From IMG/VR virus record IMGVR_UViG_3300016466_000283, positions 1-44,370 of that record: DNA of 44,370 nt; one strand, 5' to 3'. This document shows, in pieces, positions 35,518 to 44,370 of the stretch. Position 1 is the first letter of the stretch. Every line of letters begins with the position of its first letter. The notes beneath the pieces were generated by a model that made no database searches, was not told the origin of the DNA, and saw only the letters and a program-made list of their open reading frames with translations. This DNA is from a virus (Duplodnaviria; Caudoviricetes). A program made the position numbers and the translations under genes.

Positions 35518-38500
35518 ATGGCAAAATCTAAATTTAACCCAGCATTTTATCAGAACTTTACTACTAATGATAAAGGTGAACTTACTTATGATGATAATAC
35601 TTGGAAGCAAATTGATGCAAGAAATGCTGCTATTAAAAAAATAGAAGAAGCTAATGCACTTAAACAAAAGATTGCTGATGAAAGCTATGCTATAATTTCT
35701 CAAGCTCAAAAAGAAAAAGCTGGATTTGAAAGAAAAGCTGCTATTGGTAAAGTTGCTCAAACAATAATTGACCCTCGTATATGGGCTAGAGGTGCTTGGG
35801 GATTGGGTAAAATGTTAGTTGAACCAGTTACAGATGTTGCTGTTACTGGTAGTAAAGCTATTGGTGAACAAAATGCTGCTACTAATTTATATAATCAGTC
35901 TAAAGATTTAGCTGACCAAGCTGCTAAAATAGTTAAAACAGACAGACCACAAGCTGAAGCATTATTAAGACAATCTCAAGCATTGGCTGAAGAGGCTAAT
36001 AAATTTGCACAAGGTAAAGCTACTAAAAAAATAGTGGGAGCTGATGATAAGCTAACTGGCACAGAAATATTTGCTAAGTCTGCTTTAGCTGGATTAACAG
36101 TAGGTTCTTTTTTACCTGTTGGTACTGTTGTAAAAGGTACTGGGGTATTAGCTAATGTAAGTACTAAAGTACCTGCTACATTACAAGCTTCTAAAACTGT
36201 AGCTGTTGGAAATATTATAACTAGAGGTTTAGGACTTGGAGATATTTATCAGGTTGGTAAAGTTGGAGCTCAAAAAGGATTTGGAAAAATAATGGAACAA
36301 ACTATATTTGGACAAGCTATAAAAGCCACACCTCAAGCTTTAACATATGCTGGATTAGGAGAATTAGCAGATGATGATGGAGTAAACAATTATTGGGGAA
36401 GTGTTGGAACTAATGCTATTGGTGCATTTGGAGTAACTTTAGGATTAGGTTATGGAGCTAAAGTATTAGGTTCTGTTGCTCAAGCTGGAGTTTCTGATAT
36501 TAGTAAAATAGTTAATAAAACAGGTGCTGGTGCAGTTACTGATTTAGCTGGTGCTTTGCCTATGCCTAAAGAACCTGCTCAAATTGGTACTACCCAAAGA
36601 TTAATGTTGCCAGAAGCTACACAAGCAACAACTACAATAGATGGAAAACAAGTAGGATTGCCTACAAGTTCATTTTCTAAACTAGGAGCTTTTGACCCAC
36701 AAGAGACTATTCCTATGGTAGATATTACTGAAACCATTAAAGGTAATAATATTGATTTTAATCCTGATAGTGTAATGAGTATCAATGCTACTCGTAAAGC
36801 TATTGATGATTTAGCTTTGTTAACTGGTAATGAAGTAGGTGGTAAAAAACTAAAAATAAATACTGAAGACCCTAAATATAAAGAGGTTTATAATAATATG
36901 ATTAAACCACTTGTAGATAGGATAAATGAGGTTGATACTAATGTTAAACCAGCTAATGTTAAAGTAGACCCACTTGTTGAAGAGGCTAGGAAGTATAAAA
37001 GTGCTGAGGAGTTTGTAAAGGCTAAAATTAATCTTTATCACGGTACAAGTAAAGATTTTAAAGATTTTGATATTACAAAACTTGGAAGTTATACAGGAGC
37101 AGAAGATGCTCAATTAGGTTTTCATTTTACTGATAATAAAGAAATTGCAGATTTATTTGGAATACCAGAAAAAACTAAACAAGTTAGTATTGATACAAAT
37201 AAATTTTTATCTTGGGAAAATATTGCAAAAAATGATAAAAAAACATTTAAAAATTTATATGAAATATTAACAGGTGAAAAATCTCCTGCAATAAATAGTC
37301 CAGAATTTGACGATATGATTGAAGAATTTGGATTTGATTTAGATTTTAATTGGAGAGATTTTAAAGATGAATTAACAAATCCTCAAGTAATGAAAAGATT
37401 ACAAAAAAAATATGAAGGTATAATATTGCCATTAACAGAAAGTGATGTGTTAATGGCATCATCTAAAAATATTAAACCTGAAGGTTCTGAATTTATTATA
37501 TTTAATCCATCAAAAATACAAACTGAAGAAAGTTTAAAACAAATTTATAATAAATCACAAACTCAACCAACAAAAGCAACCGAAATATCTGCAGAGCAAG
37601 TTGTACAAATAAAGTCTAAATTAGATACCTTTAAAACGGATGAACAAAAAATTGCAGTACAATTAGACCAAGATACAACATTATTACAAACTATTACTGA
37701 TGAATTAAAAACTCATCCTGGTAAAGTATTGCATAAATATGCTAATAAAAGAGAAGGTAAATTACCAGAAATAACTGGCAAAGGTAAAAGCAAATACGCA
37801 AGACAGGGAGACTCATTAATGACTGAATTAGGGTTTGAAAGTGATGATGAAGCTCAGGCAGCTTATGATGCTTTCTTAAAATTAAAAAATCAAAGAGAAA
37901 GTCTAAAAGCAGATATAAGAGAAAGCAAATCTTTCTTAAAAGATATTTCTATTGAACAAAAGACATTACAAAAACAATTGAAGGAAGTTGAGGTTCCAAC
38001 AAAAGCATTGGAACCACAATACATTTCATCAAAAGATGTACAAAAAGTACCTGTTGAAGATGTTGAAATGGAAGTTAATAAAATCTATTCTGAATTAGAA
38101 AATGCAGGTATAAACATAGTACCAGAGCAAGTTAGACTTACTCCAAACATACAAACAGTAGATGATAAATTAGCTAAAGGAGAAATTCCTACTCCAGAAG
38201 AGTTTGACAAAGGTATGAAAGAATATGTCAATTCAACTGGTAAAACTGAGGTTATAGATGGGGTGCAAGAAGAGTTAACAGGTCCAATGAAAAAGTCTGC
38301 TTATGCTGAAAGGTTAAGAAGAGAAAATCCTGACTTAAACTTAAGTTCAATAGATTATCAAGCTGCAGTTGTAAAAGATTTAGAAGAAAAAGCTAATAAA
38401 TTAATTGAAACTAACTTTGATGAAGCTGGTAGAATAGCTAGAAGTATAAATAAAAATTCTAGTTTACAAGATATTAAAATAGGTGAGTTATATATTAATA

Positions 38501-38772
38501 AACTAATAGAATTAGGTAAAAATGATGAGTTAGCACAAGTATATGGTTCATTTAGTGCAGAGGCAACTAGAAGTGGACAAAGAACTGGAATATTGCAACA
38601 AAAGAAAATAGGCACACCTCAATATGCACTTAAACAAGCTACTGACGCTAGATTAAATAAATTAAAGCCTCAAATAGATAAAGAAGTAGCTAAAGTAAAG
38701 CAAGAAATGTCATCAGTGGTAATTGACCAGACAGTGATATTTGATATATTAGATAATATAACCTGTAAATAA
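35518..38772 (+). CDS. Large ejection/polyvalent protein with ADP-ribosyltransferase-like domain
   Basis: 1084 aa; G/A-rich hydrophobic region; LYHGT..F.DFD, GFHFTDN, EFIIFNP. Confidence 0.6.
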   Translation: MAKSKFNPAFYQNFTTNDKGELTYDDNTWKQIDARNAAIKKIEEANALKQKIADESYAIISQAQKEKAGFERKAAIGKVAQTIIDPRIWARGAWGLGKMLVEPVTDVAVTGSKAIGEQNAATNLYNQSKDLADQAAKIVKTDRPQAEALLRQSQALAEEANKFAQGKATKKIVGADDKLTGTEIFAKSALAGLTVGSFLPVGTVVKGTGVLANVSTKVPATLQASKTVAVGNIITRGLGLGDIYQVGKVGAQKGFGKIMEQTIFGQAIKATPQALTYAGLGELADDDGVNNYWGSVGTNAIGAFGVTLGLGYGAKVLGSVAQAGVSDISKIVNKTGAGAVTDLAGALPMPKEPAQIGTTQRLMLPEATQATTTIDGKQVGLPTSSFSKLGAFDPQETIPMVDITETIKGNNIDFNPDSVMSINATRKAIDDLALLTGNEVGGKKLKINTEDPKYKEVYNNMIKPLVDRINEVDTNVKPANVKVDPLVEEARKYKSAEEFVKAKINLYHGTSKDFKDFDITKLGSYTGAEDAQLGFHFTDNKEIADLFGIPEKTKQVSIDTNKFLSWENIAKNDKKTFKNLYEILTGEKSPAINSPEFDDMIEEFGFDLDFNWRDFKDELTNPQVMKRLQKKYEGIILPLTESDVLMASSKNIKPEGSEFIIFNPSKIQTEESLKQIYNKSQTQPTKATEISAEQVVQIKSKLDTFKTDEQKIAVQLDQDTTLLQTITDELKTHPGKVLHKYANKREGKLPEITGKGKSKYARQGDSLMTELGFESDDEAQAAYDAFLKLKNQRESLKADIRESKSFLKDISIEQKTLQKQLKEVEVPTKALEPQYISSKDVQKVPVEDVEMEVNKIYSELENAGINIVPEQVRLTPNIQTVDDKLAKGEIPTPEEFDKGMKEYVNSTGKTEVIDGVQEELTGPMKKSAYAERLRRENPDLNLSSIDYQAAVVKDLEEKANKLIETNFDEAGRIARSINKNSSLQDIKIGELYINKLIELGKNDELAQVYGSFSAEATRSGQRTGILQQKKIGTPQYALKQATDARLNKLKPQIDKEVAKVKQEMSSVVIDQTVIFDILDNITCK

Positions 38773-38774
38773 AT

Positions 38775-41171
38775 ATGGCTAAAGTTTGTATCCCACAAGA
38801 AATAACAGATTTACTTAAAAATCAAATACCATCAAAAGCATTTAGAGAAATTGCTACTTTAGATGTAGAAAAACGAACTCAAGCTATTACAGAAATATTA
38901 GATGAATTTTCTAAAAATAATTTATTTAGTGATGAAGCAGATAGATTATTAATGCAAAAAGGTTTAGAAGAAAAGATTATAGATATACAAAAAGAAAGAT
39001 TGATTAAATCTGCTGAGTATAAACGAAAAGTAGAAGCTGTAGGAAGAGAACAGCCAGATACATTTTTAGATAAGTTAAATCAAATATCTAGTATAGATGA
39101 CTTTTCTGATGAGTTAATACAAGAAGGTGTAGAGATAAAATTAGGGGCTAGATTAACTGGTGAGGAAGTAAAAAAGTTAACAGAAGCTGCTAAGAATATA
39201 AATCAGTTTTTAGATAATGATGGTAATTTAACAACTAAAGCTTATTTAGAAGATGGTAAATATTCTCAAGAATTTGGAGAAGCATATAAACAATATAGGC
39301 AGACTTTAAACTCAGTTAACCCCAGTTCATTTGGAGAAAAGTTTGTATCTACATTAAATGCTAATTTGTTATTTAATACAAAATCTGGATTAACAAATAT
39401 TATATCTAATACAGGATTTGCTTTAACAGGTTCTGCAGATAGAACATTAGAGTTTGGAACTCCGTATAAAATGGATAGGGCTTTTAGAGAAGCCATAGAA
39501 GATGCTAAGTTTTTTAGTCAATATGGATTTGATGCTACTAGAAGTATGGACATAGACGCTGGTATCAATACATTGGGAGAGACTATGAACGCTTTTAATA
39601 TGGACGGTAATTTAGTAGAAAAAATAGCTGGTCAATATAATGATTTGGTATATAAACAGTTATTATCCACTCCAGACCAATTTTATGCTTCATTTGCTAA
39701 AAGAGATACTATATACAGAGAAGCTAGAAATGAAATTCTAAAAAGCAATCCTAACTTAAAAGTAGATAGCGACCAATTTAATCAAATATTTGAAGATACA
39801 GTAAAAGACGCATTTTCATTAAATCCTAGAACAGTAACTGGGATTAGATTAAAAGAAGTTGGAATAGCAGAAGCTAATCGTGTTACATTTCAACAACAAT
39901 CAGAACCAGCTAAATTTTCTATACAAGCCAGAAAAAGTTTAGATAATTTTGGAAAAAATATATTAGTAGGAATAGGAATACCAGAAGATATAGCTGATGG
40001 ATTTAAGTTAGGAACTTTTGCAGTACCATTTGCTATGACACCAGCTAATGTTATTAATGTTGGATTTGATTATTCTGGATTAAAGACAATACTTAAAATA
40101 CCACAAGGTACTATTAATGCTATAAAGAGTGCTAAAGATGGAGCGTCTAAAAATCAAATTATATTAGACTTTGCTAAAGATATAAAATTTTCTAGGGCAG
40201 CAGTAGGGGTTGGAACAGGAATAGCAATAGCCTCACTTATAAGTTCAAATGATTATATAGGTGAATATCCTACTGACCCAGATGAACAAAGGCTTATAGA
40301 GTTAGGAAGAGCTACTACAAATTCAATTAGAGTTAAAATTCCAGGAACTAATGAAGAAAAATGGGTATCATTAGATTATTTAGGACCTATTGCAGCACCA
40401 CTTATTGGAATGCTAGAACTAAAAAAGAAACCAGATTTAACAGTAGGACAAATAGCAATAGCTTATGCTGCAGGAGCTGCTGGTCAATTAACTAAATTAC
40501 CAGTTATAGAAGGTATTTCAGATTTATTACAAACTGGTTCTAAAATGATTTCACAAACTATTAATCAAGAATATTCACCGCAAGAATTTAGTAAAGACTT
40601 TTTTAATGGACTAACAGGATTTGTAGCAGCAAGGTCTGTACCATCTATAATAGGAGATGTTGGTGAAGCTGCTGATACAGTTAAAAGAGATGCTAAGACA
40701 GGAGTATATTCTATTGGTAATATAAACCTAGACCCATTTGTGTTAAAAATACCAGAAGTTAGAAAAGCATTGCCAGAGAAACTAGATGTATTTGGACAAG
40801 ACATTAAAACTGAAGGATTTTCACAAGTATTATTTGGTTCTAGGGTAAAGACACCTTCTGAAGATGAAGTCGTCTTAGAACTAGAAAAAATGAAGTCTGA
40901 AGGGGAAACTAAAACACCTACTGACTACATTGGAAAGAAAGCTCAACAATATTACAATATTCCAGACAATAAAATACCAAATGAAAAAAGAGAGTATGGT
41001 AATCAGGTATATGATGCTTATAAAGAAATTATTCAAAGTTCAGATTGGAATACATTAACATTAGAAGATAAAATAGATGCTTTATCTGATGCTGAAGCTA
41101 GTGTTAGAAAGTCATACAAAGATATACTTGAAGAAAGATACGGTAAGATTGCAGAAGAAAAAAATAAATAG
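38775..41171 (+). CDS. Large internal virion/ejection protein
   Basis: 798 aa; VPFA.TP.N, W.SLDYLGP, LP.K.DVFG patterns; position. Confidence 0.6.
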   Translation: MAKVCIPQEITDLLKNQIPSKAFREIATLDVEKRTQAITEILDEFSKNNLFSDEADRLLMQKGLEEKIIDIQKERLIKSAEYKRKVEAVGREQPDTFLDKLNQISSIDDFSDELIQEGVEIKLGARLTGEEVKKLTEAAKNINQFLDNDGNLTTKAYLEDGKYSQEFGEAYKQYRQTLNSVNPSSFGEKFVSTLNANLLFNTKSGLTNIISNTGFALTGSADRTLEFGTPYKMDRAFREAIEDAKFFSQYGFDATRSMDIDAGINTLGETMNAFNMDGNLVEKIAGQYNDLVYKQLLSTPDQFYASFAKRDTIYREARNEILKSNPNLKVDSDQFNQIFEDTVKDAFSLNPRTVTGIRLKEVGIAEANRVTFQQQSEPAKFSIQARKSLDNFGKNILVGIGIPEDIADGFKLGTFAVPFAMTPANVINVGFDYSGLKTILKIPQGTINAIKSAKDGASKNQIILDFAKDIKFSRAAVGVGTGIAIASLISSNDYIGEYPTDPDEQRLIELGRATTNSIRVKIPGTNEEKWVSLDYLGPIAAPLIGMLELKKKPDLTVGQIAIAYAAGAAGQLTKLPVIEGISDLLQTGSKMISQTINQEYSPQEFSKDFFNGLTGFVAARSVPSIIGDVGEAADTVKRDAKTGVYSIGNINLDPFVLKIPEVRKALPEKLDVFGQDIKTEGFSQVLFGSRVKTPSEDEVVLELEKMKSEGETKTPTDYIGKKAQQYYNIPDNKIPNEKREYGNQVYDAYKEIIQSSDWNTLTLEDKIDALSDAEASVRKSYKDILEERYGKIAEEKNK

Positions 41172-41182
41172 AATTTCAATTT

Positions 41183-41197
41183 TCAAAATGATATAAT
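41183..41197 (+). promoter_or_regulatory. Late-type promoter TCAAAATGATATAAT
   Basis: Repeated motif. Confidence 0.75.
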
Positions 41198-41205
41198 TTT
41201 AATAT

Positions 41206-43086
41206 ATGAATAACTTAAATAATCTAAATACATTAAACTATTTTTCCAAACAACCAATAGATAGTATTTATTATGCTGGGACAGGAGCTAGTTTAGACTT
41301 AAATTTTGCTAGAAATAAAAGTTTAATGGATAGAATAAGTGGAAATAATCTAGTTACATTTACAAGGGCTTCTAGTGGTACATATGTGGGCAGCGACGGG
41401 TTGCTGAAGACGGCAACGACGAACTTGCAACGTCATAGCGAAGACTTCACACAAGGTTTGACGCCAGACAATGCAACGCTGACTGCAAATCAAGGTACTG
41501 CGCCTAATGGAACCATAACGGCTGATCAGTTTTTAGAAACTACAACCAACGGTCTCCATAGCCAAGAGATTGCAGATCACGTTTTTATCGCTGGCGCAGC
41601 GTACACATTTTCTTGTTACGCAAAGTCTATTGGAGGACGCAACTTTGCCCCTGGGTTTCCGACGTTATTTAGTTCGGCTAGATTTGGATTTTTTAATTTG
41701 TCTGGTAGTGGCTCTGTAATCAATACAGACGCAGGCGTAACTGCTTTAATTCAAGCCGTAGGCGATGGCTGGTATCGCTGCTCAATCACCAGCACATGCG
41801 TCACTGGAGGAGGCGCAAGGGTTGGTGTATTTATTGCAAGTGGAACTTCTATCAGCTATGTCGGTGATGCCGCTAAAGGCTTGCTGCTCTGGGGCGCCCA
41901 ACTAGAGCAGTCCGCCACCGTTGGCGAGTACATTTCCACGACCAGCACGATCAACTCCGCGCCCCGATTTGACCACAATCCGACAACTGGCGAAAGTTTG
42001 GGGCTGCTGGTGGAGGAGCAGAGAACAAATCTGCTGCTGAGGAGTGAGGAGTTTGATAGTGCGAGTTGGATAGGTATTGGCTCGATCATATCCGCCAATG
42101 CGATTGCTTCTCCATCTGGAGCGGTTACATCCGACTTGCTCCGTGAAAACGCTTCCACTAGCATTCACGAGATTTATCAGGTCGGCACTAGTGGAGCTTC
42201 TACTTACACGCTGAGCGTATTCTTCAAAAATGGCTCTGGCACTAGGCATCTCAACCTTGGTGCTAGCCGTGGTTCATCAGACTGGATCTCCTGCCGATTC
42301 AACCCTGTCAATGGCACAGCTTCTGCTGTCAGCATTGAGGGAAATTCTTTCACAAGTGCTTCAGCTCAGATCGTTTCACGTGGCGATGGCTGGTATAGGG
42401 GCATATTGACATTCACAAGTGCTGGCTCTTTCTCAATTCAGACTGCTCTTTCTTCATCCAGTGCCGCCCCTGCATCAGGCAGTTTTGGGGTAGAGACTTA
42501 CCAAGGGGACAATTCAAGCGGCATCTACCTCTGGGGCGCCCAACTAGAAGCTGGCGCCTTCCCCACCAGCTACATTCCAACCACCACAGCCACCGCCACG
42601 CGTGCTGCTGATGTGGCGAGCATCACGGGGAGCAACTTCAGCTCCTGGTATCGGCAGGATGAGGGGACGGTGTATTGCAGCTTTTCTCGCTCGGCGCTGA
42701 TTTCAAGCACTGGCTTTGCAAACTTGTGGGCCATTTCAGATAACACTGCATCCGAACGATTCCTAGCTTACAACACTGGAAGCTCGCAAACAATCGATAC
42801 CGTGATCACGAATGGTAACGTGAACCAAGGCCTTCTGATACCGCCAGGCGTAATTACGGCAAACTCGACACAAGCGCATTCTTTTACATACAAAGCAAAC
42901 GACTTTGCCGCCACGCTAAACGCCGGAGCTGTTGAGGTTGATGTATCTGGTAATTGTCCGACTGTGAGCCGCCTTTATGTCAGGGCCAATCATGCAGGAG
43001 CCGGTCAGTTCAGCGGCACCATCCGCCGCCTCACCTATTTCCCACAAAGATTATCTAATGCAAATTTACAAAGAATAACACAATGA
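41206..43086 (+). CDS. Fibre/spike protein with tandem carbohydrate-binding-like domains, horizontally acquired core
   Basis: ASLDLNFA..TFTRASSGTY, PRFDH..LGLLVEEQRTNLL, two DGWYR..LWGAQLE units; GC-rich core about 41384-43042. Confidence 0.75.
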   Translation: MNNLNNLNTLNYFSKQPIDSIYYAGTGASLDLNFARNKSLMDRISGNNLVTFTRASSGTYVGSDGLLKTATTNLQRHSEDFTQGLTPDNATLTANQGTAPNGTITADQFLETTTNGLHSQEIADHVFIAGAAYTFSCYAKSIGGRNFAPGFPTLFSSARFGFFNLSGSGSVINTDAGVTALIQAVGDGWYRCSITSTCVTGGGARVGVFIASGTSISYVGDAAKGLLLWGAQLEQSATVGEYISTTSTINSAPRFDHNPTTGESLGLLVEEQRTNLLLRSEEFDSASWIGIGSIISANAIASPSGAVTSDLLRENASTSIHEIYQVGTSGASTYTLSVFFKNGSGTRHLNLGASRGSSDWISCRFNPVNGTASAVSIEGNSFTSASAQIVSRGDGWYRGILTFTSAGSFSIQTALSSSSAAPASGSFGVETYQGDNSSGIYLWGAQLEAGAFPTSYIPTTTATATRAADVASITGSNFSSWYRQDEGTVYCSFSRSALISSTGFANLWAISDNTASERFLAYNTGSSQTIDTVITNGNVNQGLLIPPGVITANSTQAHSFTYKANDFAATLNAGAVEVDVSGNCPTVSRLYVRANHAGAGQFSGTIRRLTYFPQRLSNANLQRITQ

Positions 43087-43364
43087 CATATTATCTAAGA
43101 TTTCCAAATAAAAAGACCGCTATACAACTTTTAGAAAAAGCTGGGTTTTTGGATGAAGATAAAAATATTATATCTTGTACTCACGATTATGCTATTGATA
43201 TAGTAGGAATAATTACTAAAGGTGGAGAGTATGATGAGGAAGGCAATGTAATTACTCAACCTACTACATTACCTGGTTGGCATATAAATTATGTTGGTGA
43301 ATTGCCTAGTGACTGGGAACAGTATTTAGTAAGCCCTGAGGAACCTGTTAGAGTATTTTTCTAA
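43083..43364 (+). CDS. Small partner of the fibre gene (assembly/chaperone-like)
   Basis: 93 aa; ATGA overlap; YLRF..AIDIVG.I..GWHIN. Confidence 0.6.
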   Translation: MTYYLRFPNKKTAIQLLEKAGFLDEDKNIISCTHDYAIDIVGIITKGGEYDEEGNVITQPTTLPGWHINYVGELPSDWEQYLVSPEEPVRVFF

Positions 43365-43375
43365 ACAAAATAAAT

Positions 43376-43390
43376 TCAAAATGTTAATAT
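43376..43390 (+). promoter_or_regulatory. Late-type promoter TCAAAATGTTAATAT
   Basis: Repeated motif before the tail-fibre block. Confidence 0.7.
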
Positions 43391-43416
43391 AATTATATAT
43401 TAATTAACATAACAGT

Positions 43417-43740
43417 ATGGCATATAATTCATTATCTGATAATTTAGGTAATATAGCACAATTACCACCTAGTAGAACTAGAATAGATCCAGAAGCTGCT
43501 TTTAACGTAACATCTTCTTCATCAGTACAAAAAACAGCTAAACAAGGAGAATTTATAGAAATACAATCTTCAGGAGTAGATGTGTTATTTAAGTGGGGTA
43601 CAACAGCTTGTACAACTAGTAATTTTGATGGAATTGTAAAAGCCGAGACTAATCGTCATTACGTAGCTCCAAATGGGACAACTGCTATTAATTTTATTAC
43701 TGTATCAGGAACTGCTTCAGTTATACTTATTAGACAATAA
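43417..43740 (+). CDS. Small virion protein
   Basis: 107-aa beta-rich ORF. Confidence 0.6.
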   Translation: MAYNSLSDNLGNIAQLPPSRTRIDPEAAFNVTSSSSVQKTAKQGEFIEIQSSGVDVLFKWGTTACTTSNFDGIVKAETNRHYVAPNGTTAINFITVSGTASVILIRQ

Positions 43741-43753
43741 TATAATATAGACT

Positions 43754-44370
43754 ATGCCTATAGGACCAACTTTAGAAGTACAGGAAGACTTGCAGGTTAT
43801 ATTGACTGAAGTTGAAGATAATACTCAAGAGATACTTGATGGTGAAAGAGGTGATATTACAGTAAGTAGTTCTGGAAATGTATGGACACTAAATAAAAAT
43901 GCAATTCTAAATAAAACTACTGCTTCAGCAGTTGGTACTGATTATATTTTAATTTCAGATACTTCAGACAGTGGTAATGTAAAAAAGGCATTAGCATCAG
44001 ATTTAATTATTGGAGTTAGTGATGGAGATAAAGGTGATATAACTGTTAGTTCTGCTGGTACGGTATGGAGTATAGATAATGATGTAGTTACTAATGCAAA
44101 GTTAGCTAATATGGCAACAGCTACTGTAAAGGGACGAGCAACTGCAGGAACTGGAGACCCTGAAGATTTAGCAATAGATAATGATTTAGCTTCAGTATCA
44201 GCAAATGATGACACAATCCCTAGTGCTAAAGCTGTAAAGGCTTATGTAGATTTATTAGAGTTAAAAACTAGAATTAGAAACGCTGGATTAATAAATGGAT
44301 TTATAAGAGTAACAGTAGCAAGTAATAACCTTACTGTAGCAATCAGTACAAGCCCCACATCACAGGTAGA
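43754..44370 (+). CDS. Tail fibre/spike protein 1, N-terminal part (continues at 1..845)
   Basis: MPIGPTLEV..; DG(E/D)(R/K)GDITVSS repeats; [10 protein letters not shown]; no stop before the window end. Confidence 0.8.
   Translation, partial: MPIGPTLEVQEDLQVILTEVEDNTQEILDGERGDITVSSSGNVWTLNKNAILNKTTASAVGTDYILISDTSDSGNVKKALASDLIIGVSDGDKGDITVSSAGTVWSIDNDVVTNAKLANMATATVKGRATAGTGDPEDLAIDNDLASVSANDDTIPSAKAVKAYVDLLELKTRIRNAGLINGFIRVTVASNNLTVAISTSPTSQV

Noticed and set aside
38750-38800. Programmed frameshift or readthrough fusing the two large ejection ORFs
   Set aside because: Clean TAA followed 2 nt later by ATG; no slippery site or stimulatory structure seen
783-44214. Antisense shadow ORFs from the track (e.g. 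783-1097, 6083-6380, 15918-16163, 35488-35760, 41856-42249, 43942-44214)
   Set aside because: Opposite well-supported genes or ncRNAs, with no recognisable motifs
1-44370. Alternative genetic code, integrase/attP, tRNA genes, CRISPR array
   Set aside because: Code 11 gives dense full-length ORFs using all three stops; none of the other signatures were recognised

Overview
The window is a complete, circularly permuted, AT-rich dsDNA phage genome of about 44,321 bp: the last 49 nt repeat the first 49 nt, and a tail-fibre ORF reads through the junction in frame. It is podovirus-like, with a portal, scaffold, major capsid protein, nozzle/tail proteins, large ejection proteins, separated TerS and TerL, a holin and M15 endolysin, a lambda-O-like replication initiator with iterons, RecT plus an exonuclease, a leftward cluster of accessory genes, and a DNA methyltransferase invaded by two HNH genes. 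No integrase, tRNA, CRISPR array or reverse transcriptase was recognised. Genes lack Shine-Dalgarno sequences, so a Patescibacteria/CPR-type host is a weak inference. The most striking unexplained signal is an RNA regulatory network. (1) A ~77-nt sRNA (2765-2841) behind a phage-specific TCAAAATGnTATAAT promoter displays GUAGUGUU in a hairpin loop, and its complement AACACTAY lies at or next to 16 start codons, almost all of non-virion genes. (2) A second sRNA (16054-16136) is complementary to the leader of the leftward operon, next to one of those sites. (3) Further structured RNAs and an attenuator are present. All calls were made by eye; no database searches or folding programs were run.
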